Shown here piece by piece: positions 22,151 through 32,867 of a DNA stretch of 64,000 bases. Within the stretch, counting starts at the first letter, position 1. Every line of letters begins with the position of its first letter. This DNA is from Paecilomyces variotii. Its lineage: Eukaryota. The translations under genes and the position numbers were made by a program. A model generated the notes under the pieces. The model was not told the origin of the DNA and made no database searches. It worked only from the letters and a program-made list of their open reading frames with translations. The stretch lies in NCBI GenBank assembly GCA_004022145.1, contig RCNU01000004.1; one strand, given 5' to 3'.

Positions 22151-22238
22151 GTATGTAAATAGATAGATTAGATAGGAGGTTTAGTAGAGTTGTGGACATC
22201 TGCGTTTAACAATGACGGCCAAATTCGCCGGTTCCTAT

Positions 22239-24434
22239 CTATATAGACCCGGGTACAGCACGCTCATCCGCATGCGCACCTTTAGAATATCCATTCGTAG
22301 CCTCAATTGTCGCTGTTGAGTCGCGGTCCTGTGTCTCTTCCCCGTCTACAACCCTAAGCCCTTGGAATGGGGTGATCCCCTTCCGCAAGGCGGTCTCCTT
22401 GTCGAACGTGCCGTATATATCGCGTTCGTCCGTCAGCCCAACGCCAGCGGGTGGAAATATTTTTGACAGAACATAATAGAGGAACACAGCCTCGCACCAT
22501 CCTTTATTTGTTAGAATAGGAGAGAAAAGCGGCAACAAGAATCAGTATTCGAAGTTCAGACATACCAAAAATGTAGTTTGCGTAGTAGTAGTAGGTAGCT
22601 CCCTTGCTGACTTTGACGGTGCCACTCAACTCAGCAATCATTCCTTTGGTCACCGGTCAGTTATATCCTCAATGCTGCTTACTAGCAAGCTACCAAAACA
22701 AAGAGTGGGACGTACCAGGTAACGCGGGTGCAAAACAGACTACCCAAGTTAATACTCCGCGCCAATTAACGCCGAGGGTGTACCAAAATGCGCCCCCGGG
22801 ATCTCTCGTATATAGTGCTGAAAGCTGGATGCGCTAGATACGAATTAGTTGGCGTACCAGCTTTCAGAGTTAGGACTGACTTACCTGCTTTCGCAGGAAG
22901 AAGTAATCGCATATCATAATTCCCGTCAGTGGTGCGAGGAACACTGAGAAGGCGGACATAGCGGCTACAAATGTGGACGATGTATTATACATCAACCACG
23001 GCTGTACTACCCAGGAAAGAAGAGCAGTGATTACACATCCCTTTGCAATCGTGATTAGTCGCTATAAATCAAAAACTGACTTGGAACGTGTCCCATAACT
23101 TACTCTCCGAATGTTGATGAACTTAGGGAAAAGTCCTGCCAAATCCATGCCTCCTGCAAAGCCATTTCCGAGACTATTAATGGACGAGAGAAGTCAGTAC
23201 CAAATCAAGTAATTAGAGAGTCTGGGGGGCGCTTACATATTCATACTGAGCTGCGCACATGTCAATGCTAAACCACTGAAGAAAGCAGCGGCACGGCTCT
23301 TCGCATTATATTCTTCCGTCATCCACTTGAAAATGATGTCTACCGGGTTCCAGATTGGATCACCCCCGTATATGGTCACCGTGGCAGAAGCCGTGACGAT
23401 GCCCATCAACGGAACGATGACTCCAAGTATAAATAAGGAGAATGAAGTACCGGGTACCTGAACCTTTGGCCGCACCGCAAAACGACTGTAGTCTGATTGG
23501 TTCATGATGCCCGCGCATAAACTACCAATGACCGAGGTGATGCCGTATAACCAAGCCCACGCACGCTCTGATGAAGAGAGATCTTTCTGACCTTGATGTA
23601 GAAGCGGTCCAACTCCCCCTTCTTTGCCTCCCCAAATGGCAATTCCGGCAAGCACACAGAAAGCAATGATATTGGACACAGCAACTGGATTCTTCGACTT
23701 CTCCGGCCGTATCAACTATTTACCTGTTAGCTTCTTGTCACCCGTCTAGCGAGCCGAAAATGCATGCCATAAGGGGGAAAGAAATGACTTGGAAAATTAA
23801 AAACCCAATCAAATCCCTCGTTTGCATATGCGCACTTTCAGGCAGTGTGTTCTTCATAGTAAGAAACGAATAGCTCCAACTAGAGACAACTGCAGCACAG
23901 CACAGTCCACCTAACCATGCTTGAGACGCATACCATACAACGGAGAGTACGATTCGAATCACGATCCCGATGTACGAGCCATATATTCCTAGAGTCACGC
24001 TATACTCGCATCAGCAACACATATCATGACGGATGCACAGTTACCCATACGAACCGCTGCGCAACAGTGAAGCCAATGTGCCATTCTGCACCAGTCCACC
24101 CGTTGGCCAATGCAAGGCATGTAACCAAACCCTGCCCGATAACTAGAACAACCATGGTCTCCCAGACTGATAGGCCTGTGGATAGCAGCGACGAACCCGT
24201 TGTCCACGAAACCGCCGTGAGGCTTGATAAGAAGTCTTGTAAGTACACGGTTGAAGGATGTTAAGAGAGTAATCTTTACTTGGTAATTCCCCAGAAACCC
24301 AAGAAAGCAATATATCCCCATGTCCTCCGTGAGGGTGGCATTGGAACAATGTCGGGGTTGATCAAGTGGTTTGTCTCCACCCCATTATATTTGTTGTTCT
24401 CGACCGATATTAGTTGGAGCAATTTCGACGCCAT
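22239..24434 (-). CDS. NCS1-family (Fur4/Dal4-like) nucleobase/allantoin/hydantoin permease
   Basis: LINPDIVPMPPSRRTW, WHIGFTVAQR, NQSDYSRFA, GGMDLAGLFPKFINIRRG, FLAPLTGIMICDYF, FWYTLGVNWR. Nine exons, including a GC-AG intron at 23767-23716. Confidence 0.92.
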
Positions 24435-24544
24435 TATTGAGGGATCGCAGCAGACTCCGCAGGTCAGCGCACAGAATACACTGCGACCCCCTCGCCGAGG
24501 AGAAGGCACTTGGACAAGAGCATAAATATGTAGGCCGACTGGTG

Positions 24545-24850
24545 ATTGTTATCATGGTTTCTTTCGAGCACGCGATAACGCCGGAGGCACTAAGCAGAGT
24601 GGGAGAAAGGCGTTCGGGGATTTCCCGCTCCGTTTGGTGGAAATAGAGTGCTCTGACCCGCTCTGTCCAGTTAGACACTTGATCCGATAATGGATTGATA
24701 ATAATGGGCGGCGATATGAGATTATGAGTGGTCCTTCATTCTACATCGACGAGCGGTCCGGGTTAGCTGGGTGGAGTTCTCGATACATGCGATGGCCGAT
24801 ACTACCTAACGGAACAGCCTGGAGACAAGTAACATCTGCTGCGTATATAA
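24545..24850. promoter_or_regulatory. Shared divergent promoter with clustered GATA (AreA-type) sites and TATA box
   Basis: GATAA/TTATC at ~24549, 24574, 24686 and 24697; TATATAA at 24844-24850 upstream of the hydantoinase ATG. Confidence 0.45.
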
Positions 24851-24924
24851 CCCATCCATAGCCGCAGAAGTAGGGTAGAAAGAGAGAGAGGACATCGCTT
24901 ATTATCAGTACTGATATAGTCATC

Positions 24925-27900
24925 ATGACTGATTCCGAGAGACTTATCATCGGCGTTGATGTTGGAGGTACGCGATACATATTCTTCCGAGAGAGCTACT
25001 GCACATAGAGCCCTCCTAGTGTTTTTCGATGAGATCTATATCTAGTTAGAATATATCTGCTGATCTTTGATCGAACACAGGGACAAACACTGATGCTGTG
25101 CTCCTCAACTGCGCTGCCTCTGGTGCTGATGCGGTCGTGGCGTCTCACAAAGCGGCCACAGGCGCAGATGTGACCGTCGGCATCGAGAGCGCCATCAGCG
25201 CATTGCTGGAAATGGCCCAAGTGCCTCCCAACCGCGTGTCTTCGCTGATGATAGGAACAACTGTGAGTGGGAACTGCCTCGACTGGAGAATGACGAATTG
25301 CACTGACTGGTGGTAATGGACAGCACTTCATTAATGCCGTTGTTGAGCGAGACGCGTCCCGGTTGGAGAAGGTGGGAGTCATCAGACTGGCAGCCAGCAA
25401 CATCTCCGCCTACACCCCGCCTTTCATCGACTTCCCTCCAGCCCTCACCAGGAGTAGGTAGTCGTAGCCCTCTTTTTCTGCCATCATACACTGGTCTGCT
25501 TTTTGTTGTGTGAATTGCTAACGTTTCCAGTAATCAATGGACACACTGCCATCATATCTGGCGGACTTCAGGTAGACGGCTCTCTTATTGGGGAGATAAA
25601 GCCAGATGAAGTCAGAGAGCAGGCTCGGACGCTAAAAGATAAAGGGCTGAAGAACGTTGTCCTCGTGGGTATCTACTCTCCAATTGATGAAACATACAAG
25701 CAAGAAGAGCAAGCACGCGACATCCTCGCCCAGGAACTAGGACCCGAAGTCAATCTTGTATTGTCAAAAGAAGGTACCACATTTCCCACTGGTATATGCA
25801 GAATGGGAACAATACTAATAAAACCGAATACAGTTGCTGGCGTGGGGCTTCTTGCGCGCGAAAACGCAGCCATCCTCAATGCTTCCATTCTCAACTTTGC
25901 TGGACGAACTATCCGTGCATTCAAGAGTGCTATGCGTCGCCTGCAGTTACAATGTCCATTGTACCTGACGTCCAATGATGGGCAGCTTCTCTCATCCGGA
26001 GAAGCAGAACAGTATCCAGTGCGCATTTTCTCTTCAGGTGCCACAAATAGTATCCGAGGTGCGGCATATCTTTCCCAGTCAAAGCTGGGGAGGTCTAGCA
26101 AATATGTCATTGATATCGGTGGGACGACTACCGATATTGGATGCCTCCTCCCCAGCGGCTTTCCTCGCCTAGCCAGTGCATTTACGGACATTGGGGGTGT
26201 AAGAGTGAATTTCGCAATGCCGCAAGTTGAAAGTATTGGACTTGGTGGTGGCTCCATTCTACATGTCGCCGATGCGAAGGTTACCGTGGGCCCTGATAGT
26301 GTTGGGCACGAAATCATCAACCGAGCTCTGTGCTTCGGAGGCGACACAACCACAGCCACCGATATTATGGTAGCCACAGGGGCCGAGGTTGGGACTAGGC
26401 CTGTTCAGCTGAAACCAGAACTCATTACTGCTGCTAAAGATCGCATCAAACTGATGCTGGAATCTCATATAGATCGAATGAAGACATCCCCAGAGCCTTG
26501 CGAAGTCCTTCTTGTCGGCGGTGGCTCCATTCTTTGCCCCCAGGAGCTAGAAGGTGTATCGTCAATATTGGTTCCTCCTCACGCAGAAGTCGCGAATGCG
26601 GTCGGTGCTGCTATCGCAGAGATTGGTGCGGAGGCTGAAGCAGTTGTCGATGAGAAGAACAAAGATGCAGAGCTGGTGATTACAAGGCACAAAGCGATCT
26701 CTAAAGCGGTCTCTCGAGGAGCCGTCCAGAATGCTATTAGAATAATTGAGGAAGAAGTCACGGGCATTGCTTACATTGATGGAAAATGCCGCATCGTTGT
26801 GAAAGTTGTCGGCCCAATTGACTATAGCAAATTCGGCTCGGACGCCGAAGAGGATATTAATTCCAACCAGAACGGCGATGCCATCACTCACAAAGAAACA
26901 AAAGACCATAAATTGGACAACTGCGCTGTCGATGAGAAAGAAGTCGATATCGAGACCTACAAGCCCTTTGTCGATGAAAATCGTGTCTGGTTTTTGAGCG
27001 AAACTGACCTCGCATTCATCGCCGCAGGTTGTTACATCCTGGGTACAGGAGGCGGAGGCTCCCCCTACACCCATTATCTGCAGACAAGACAACTTCTGCG
27101 AATGGGCGAGTCTATCACCATAGTCGATGCGGCAGATTTCAAAGATGACGCCTTGCTTGTTCCACTTGGGGGACTCGGCAGCCCTGCAGTTGGCGTCGAG
27201 CGACCAGGTGGTGATATGGTCCTTCACGCTTGCCAGCAGCTGGAGAGGTATATGGGCATCAAATACGGAGGCCTTCTTGCTGTTGAGATAGGTGGCGGCA
27301 ACGGAATGGAGCCTCTAATGTGGGGCTCGTCGAAGTATTACAACCTTCCATGCGTAGATGGGGATCTTATGGGTAAGTTCCTGCGCAGGCTAAGTAGTCT
27401 TGTGCTGCTCTGCTAATCAGTTACCGATAGGGCGTGCATATCCCACCTTCGAAAAGGTGACCTCCTTCATAAAAGCAACCCATATAAACGACCTCTTGCC
27501 GGCCTCTCTGTCAAGTGGGGATGGGATCAATATGATCTTGACAGAATCTAAGGACACACCGTCGGTAGATAGGGTCCTGAGGGCGGCATGTGTTGATATG
27601 GGGTAAGTCATTAATAGTTATCATCCCGGTGAGATATATTGGACTCTACTAACTAGACGTAAAGATACTCCGCCGGTTCCGCAAATAGACCTCTAACAGG
27701 TAAACAAATGCGCGAAATGGGTATCCTAAAATCCCATTCGCTGGCCTGGAGACTTGGTCGTGCCGTTGCTCTGGCTAGGCAGAAAGGAGCTATTTCAACC
27801 GTCGCCGACAATATTATCAAAGTTTGCGGCGAGAAGAGCGCAGGAAAGATATTCGAGGGCAAGATCGTCGGCGTAGGGGAGCGGTTATGTAAGGGCCACA

Positions 27901-28451
27901 GTTACGGCGAAGTCGTGGTCGAAAAGCTCCGTGACTATGAGCGAGACGCCACTTTCGATAGTCAAGCTGGGAATAATGAGGAAGCCCTGCCCGAGCGTGT
28001 GCGGATTCCGTTCAAAAACGAGAATCTGATTGTGGAGGCGGAATACGCATCTGGAGAGAAGAAGGCAAGGAATATCAGTCCCTGCCTTTATCATATAGCA
28101 AAGCGCTGGATATTCTGACACGATAAACAGACTTTAGCTACGGTTCCAGACCTGATAATCATCCTTGATGCACTGACAGGTGAAGCTCTCGGTGTTCCAG
28201 AGTACCGGTGGGTATCTTCTATCCTTCTATTATCGCTTAGTCGAAATCAGCTGTGCTAACAAAACTGCGCTTATAGCTATGGGCTCAAAGTTCTTGTCCT
28301 CGTTATGGCAGCGAACCCACTTTGGACTAACACGCCTCGGGCGCTTGAGATTGGAGGGCCGAAAGCATTCGGTTATGACATGGAATATGTTCCTTTTGGA
28401 ACATATACAGAGCCGCGAAGTGTGATAGACGAGTATGCACCAGGCAAGTAG
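24925..28451 (+). CDS. Hydantoinase A/oxoprolinase-family ATPase fused to C-terminal DUF917 domain
   Basis: IGVDVGGTNTDAV, SGATNSIRGA, IDIGGTTTDIG, SIGLGGGS, VANAVGAA; DUF917 part GCYILGTGGGGSPY, EIGGGNG, DGDLMGRAYP, IPFKNENL, TVPDLI. Introns 24968-25080, 25263-25323, 25454-25530, 25774-25833, 27373-27430, 27603-27664, 28065-28130 (GC-AG), 28208-28276. Confidence 0.92.
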
Positions 28452-28554
28452 ACATGCTGCATATCACAAGGTATTCGATGACATATAGACAGAGATATAT
28501 ATAGATAACATAAAGTATATATACTATGCTGAATCTTCTGCACCATTTCAAAGA

Positions 28555-29982
28555 CTACAACTTCCCGGCCATCTGCTCTCCCAGACCACCAAAGCCTTCC
28601 TGTATGACTTTTCGCCCCGCCAATTCTGTCGCGAAGCCCAGTGACCTTTCCAAAGTCCAGGACTCTGATTTCGAACTCCCATGGAAGTTGAGAGCATATA
28701 AAATCCCCGCAATGAAAGTATCTCCAGCGCCAATAGTGCTGTTTCATTGGACGATTAGCGACAGAACAAAAACCAATATTGATATGGAACATACTCAACT
28801 ACACTAGCTCCTTCCTTCTTATACGTCGGACAAGAGACATATGATTGACTTGGGAGTTCTAGAGCCGAAGCGCCATGTTCACCCCATGTACAGAAGATAA
28901 CTTTACTAGAGATATAATCGAATCAGTAAATGTCGTCCGTGGGAAAGCGCATCACCAGAGCTCTTGAGAAGACTTCGAAAGTGAGACAAAAAGTATAGCT
29001 ACTCTTACGCTTTAGGAGTCAAAGGAGCTTGCGCATGGAGAAAAGCTTTAGGTTCTGTATACCCGGCGTTCTGTCGGTGAGTATCACGGTCAGTGGTCGA
29101 TCATTACAGTAGAGGATGACATAGTAAAATGGGGTATACAGACCTGCGCCCAGCCTTTAGCATAGAAAACTACATCAGCTTCAGCGGCGAGTTCTTGTAG
29201 GCCAAGACGGCCTGGCTTCTCTACTTCCACACTAATCGTGGCTGCAGGCAAGCTGTTGCGGAGGGATTTGATATTCTGTAGGTTGACGTCGGGGATGCGG
29301 CCCTATGTGTCAGTAAAGTTAGCTTCTCTTCATCCATCATGCTAGTAGGGTAAAAGAATCTCAACTTGCAAGGAATTGTATACAAAAGGCAATGAATCAA
29401 TGAATGAATGAATGAATGAATGAATACATACTTCGAAATGAAACCACATTCCACCGCCTGAATGCTTAACATCCAATCGATCTATGAGCGCATTGAATTC
29501 ATCATGCGTCATCTCCGGGAGCTCATTATAATTGACTATTGTGCGACTACTAGTCCTCTGGCTACTTATAATATAGCTCGACGCGGGCTCGTGGAAATCT
29601 TCACGATAGAGACAATGTGTCAAATCGACGCGGGCTCCGAAGGAATCTCGGACAAATTGTACCGCAGGCGACGATCGCGCCGGAAGGACAGTGACCAGAA
29701 CAGGAGATAACGACTCGAAGTCATTCTCCTTCTTCTCTTCCTGCTGTTTCTCTTTGATATGAATCAATTGCTCGAGCACCTCGACTGTGTTCGGACAGTT
29801 CCCTCCGCGGCGACGAGTCAGGCGGGAAGCCCGCAGCTTCTCATCCTCATTGGGGTAATGGTCGACGCTGGTTGCTTTGTCAGTTATTGATTTACTGCTG
29901 ATTGGGGGTTTTTTTTTATTGTTTTGAAATACCTGAGGATAAGGTCGACGTAGCAAGCACCTACAGCTACGAGAGTTGTCAT
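28555..29982 (-). CDS. PfkB-family sugar kinase (ketohexokinase-like)
   Basis: MTTLVAVGACYVDLIL, RRRGGNCPNT, WFHFEGRIP, FCTWGEHGA and PfkB signature DTIGAGDTFIAG. Six exons (introns 29932-29868, 29431-29303, 29143-29071, 29008-28906, 28794-28739). Confidence 0.9.
29391..29425. repeat. (GAAT)n microsatellite in intron 2 of the PfkB kinase
   Basis: aatgaatcaatgaatgaatgaatgaatgaatgaat. Confidence 0.85.
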
Positions 29983-32452
29983 CGCGCACATTGTAATAAT
30001 AACAATAAGAAGACGTGCATGTTGGAGCTTTCTTGATTACTATTACTTAAGTATTTGCCCCGCAGCAATGCGGTCATACTTAATAAGTAATTAACCCACA
30101 ATCGATCGCAGGCTCAAAACTCGACCTATTTTCGATGCACGATCTATACAGGTTTCTCATACAAAAAAAAATAATGCCTCGTGCTTTTTGATCTTGCTTT
30201 AACTTCTGAGGTATGTTCGAAAGTCTATCGAGAACCACTGTACTGTATGTGGAGCTGTGGAGCTTATCACACTATTTCTTTAAAGCCAGGCGTATCCCAA
30301 TGCAATGCTGACAGAATATAAATAATTTCAACAAAATGTACAGTACATACAAGGCCATCTATTGTCTAAGATTGAAAGTTCCGGACAAGTTCGAATCAAT
30401 CGTCGTGATTTCCGTCAGAGATAAGGTCACTAAAGACAACACCAAGGATATGTCTAAATTATAGCTTATGCCGATATTTCTTATTCTATAGGTGATAAGC
30501 CATGCTACGTCGATCGACAACGTGGTGCTCGGTAAGATACTCCGTAAACACCGAAATCGGACCTACTTGCACTGTGTCTTGCGGGTGCGGGATGGTGATC
30601 ATTACGGAGAAACCACGAGTCCCTGAAATAGGCATATAGAATGGATACGTGCTGCTCAGGCTTCAGCCAGCTAAACGTGGAGACACCAGTAAGAAGAAAC
30701 ACAATAAACCGTCTAGAGTGACGCTCCAGGGAACAAGTTTCATTTCAGAGATTACTCAGCACTTCATAGAAGAGCGTTGGCTATTACCAATGGTTATGGC
30801 TAGACAATTACTGTATAGAAGAGACCGTTGGGGTTCCGGTGACTATCTGCAGCCGTATCTCCTTGAGGGAGGATATCTGAAATGAAAGACATGCCAAGAT
30901 TAACGCCGATAACGATGCTTTTAACGAGTAATGCGCCCGTGGTCTGTTGAAAGGGTGATCTAGCAATGAGTAGCAGAGTGGCAAGGGATAACGGGAAGGG
31001 GGAGGATCGGTGTGGACGAGCTCAAAAGCTTGAGGGCACAGCATTGCGTAAGTGACCCTTGAAGAGGATACTGATGGGAAATTATTGATGAAGCATCATA
31101 GTCATTTTCAATGCTAGAGAAATGCTGTTTCCTGCTTGCCATAACTATTCGTTTAAGAGCTGAGTTACTTAATACCACAACTTGCTCTCGTTCTCGTCCC
31201 GTTAGTTATGTTGCAGGTTCAAATATCCGCAGATCGCATCCAGGATGGAGGCGCACCATGGGACTTACAGCCCACGACTGTGAAGCAGCCAGATGACACT
31301 ACAGAGGGGCATAGTTATATTCCACGCAACAAGACTGAGTACTGAACCATAGCCTGTCCAGAAAGGGAAACAGCTGACTAACTTGTCTTCTCACTCTCTG
31401 CTGATCCAGAGGTCACTAAGTACTCATACCTACAGTATATCTACGCATGGAAGGATCATGGGAACGTGAATGAGATATATGAGCATGGTTATAAGTAGTC
31501 CTTGAAAGGCAACCAATCATAGTCCTGGACGAACGGATCCAACTCGACACCAGCAAATCGGCATACCGTACCTACTCCTAACCGGCGTTTGTCGGTAGGA
31601 AGAAAAAAATGTTCTGTCGATCTTGTCCAGTATTACTTAAAGCTCCTTCCACCATACCAGATAGCCCACTCATGCAGGGGACACCCTTGCACATGAAAGT
31701 CCACGTAATTGGGATGATTTGAAGACTACTTTGAGAAAAAGGGAATAACCAGAGGGAGCCAAGCTAGGAAACGGAGGCCCTAAGTTGTGACTAGGGTGGC
31801 ATAGAGCCATGGATGGGAAGACATCTTGAAGCTCTCCCAGGTCCCAACGACTCTCACGGGTCCGATGATGACCCTGAGGGGATTTCTCGGTCAAGAAGGG
31901 TCTTGCTGTGAGCTCGAGTGGTAATTAGTCTGCTTTCGGTCCGATATTATAGTTTGCAGGCTTTTTCTTCCGGGTCTTCCAATTATTGATGATCATATAC
32001 GTAATTCCATCCATGTTGACTGGGGAATCATTCCTCGTTGGTCATAGCGTGGGAATTGGAGCCACGAGGACAGAAAAGATCCCTTCCCATTTTATAGATA
32101 GGCAGAGACAGGCAGCATGAGTAATGAGTCAGACGAGAAGGTAGTTATCGTCAGAGGTCACTCACTTTCCATCAGACAGACAGAAAAGCTTCAGCGGTTG
32201 TCGCTATATTTTTCTCGGGTGGGACCTCCGATCCGGAAGGAAAGAAAACGAGCCAGGAGCGGAACGGCTGGCGGCTGGTCGACCACACAGCAGAAATGCT
32301 CTTACAGAAGAATCCACCGGCTACCAACGCGAATGCAGATCGGAGGGCAGGAAGGTTAGGACGAAGTTCAAGTAGTGGAGCGACGATGTTTTTGCAGCGC
32401 AACCGCGGAGAGCGACGGTGGGGATGCCAGGGACCGGATGGGGACTAGCGCG

Positions 32453-32476
32453 ATCAGATAAGATCCAAACGCCAAT
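32453..32476 (+). promoter_or_regulatory. SreA-type extended GATA site (ATCAGATAA) and CCAAT box upstream of hapX
   Basis: ATCAGATAA 32453-32461 matches the ATCWGATAA consensus; CCAAT at 32472-32476; further GATAATC at 32554. Confidence 0.65.
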
Positions 32477-32867
32477 CGTACGACGGGATTCGCGGGTCGC
32501 CGAGAGCGGTCACATGACGCCCGGTAGCGACATCGGCAGTCACGTGTACGCACGATAATCTAATCTGATCGCGATCTTCCCGCCCCTCCAGCCTCTCTTC
32601 CTCTTCTTCCTTTCTATACTGATCCTGTCCACCGCATCGCTCCTCTGCCATCCCATCATCCTGCTCGCCAGCGCGGAGCAGGGCGCCGAGTTGTCGAGTC
32701 GCCCGGCTCATTGCAATCGCATATGCACCTTTCCCTCCGGCCGATGCATCAGTGAACCGCAGGTCGGCTGCTCCCCAGCTCTACCCGAGCCCGTATCCGA
32801 AACGGCTGACAATGCAATCAGAGAACTCCCCGTAAGAGAAAAAAAAAGTAACATACCACAACTGCCA

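Noticed and set aside
24614-24627. UaY site TCGG-N6-CCGA in the NCS1/hydantoinase promoter
   Set aside because: Spacing is CGG-N7-CCG and the flank does not match.
30100-32100. Short ORFs upstream of hapX as a gene or pseudogene
   Set aside because: No recognisable motif or consistent exon chain; treated as hapX/PfkB intergenic DNA.
32472-32491. Bipartite CBC:HapX motif CSAAT-N12-RWT (autoregulation)
   Set aside because: RWT falls at N10/N11, not N12.
32691-32867. N-terminal extension of HapX in the ORF track (likewise 7971, 39697, 48260, 7358)
   Set aside because: These begin at non-ATG codons upstream of the conserved-looking ATG starts.
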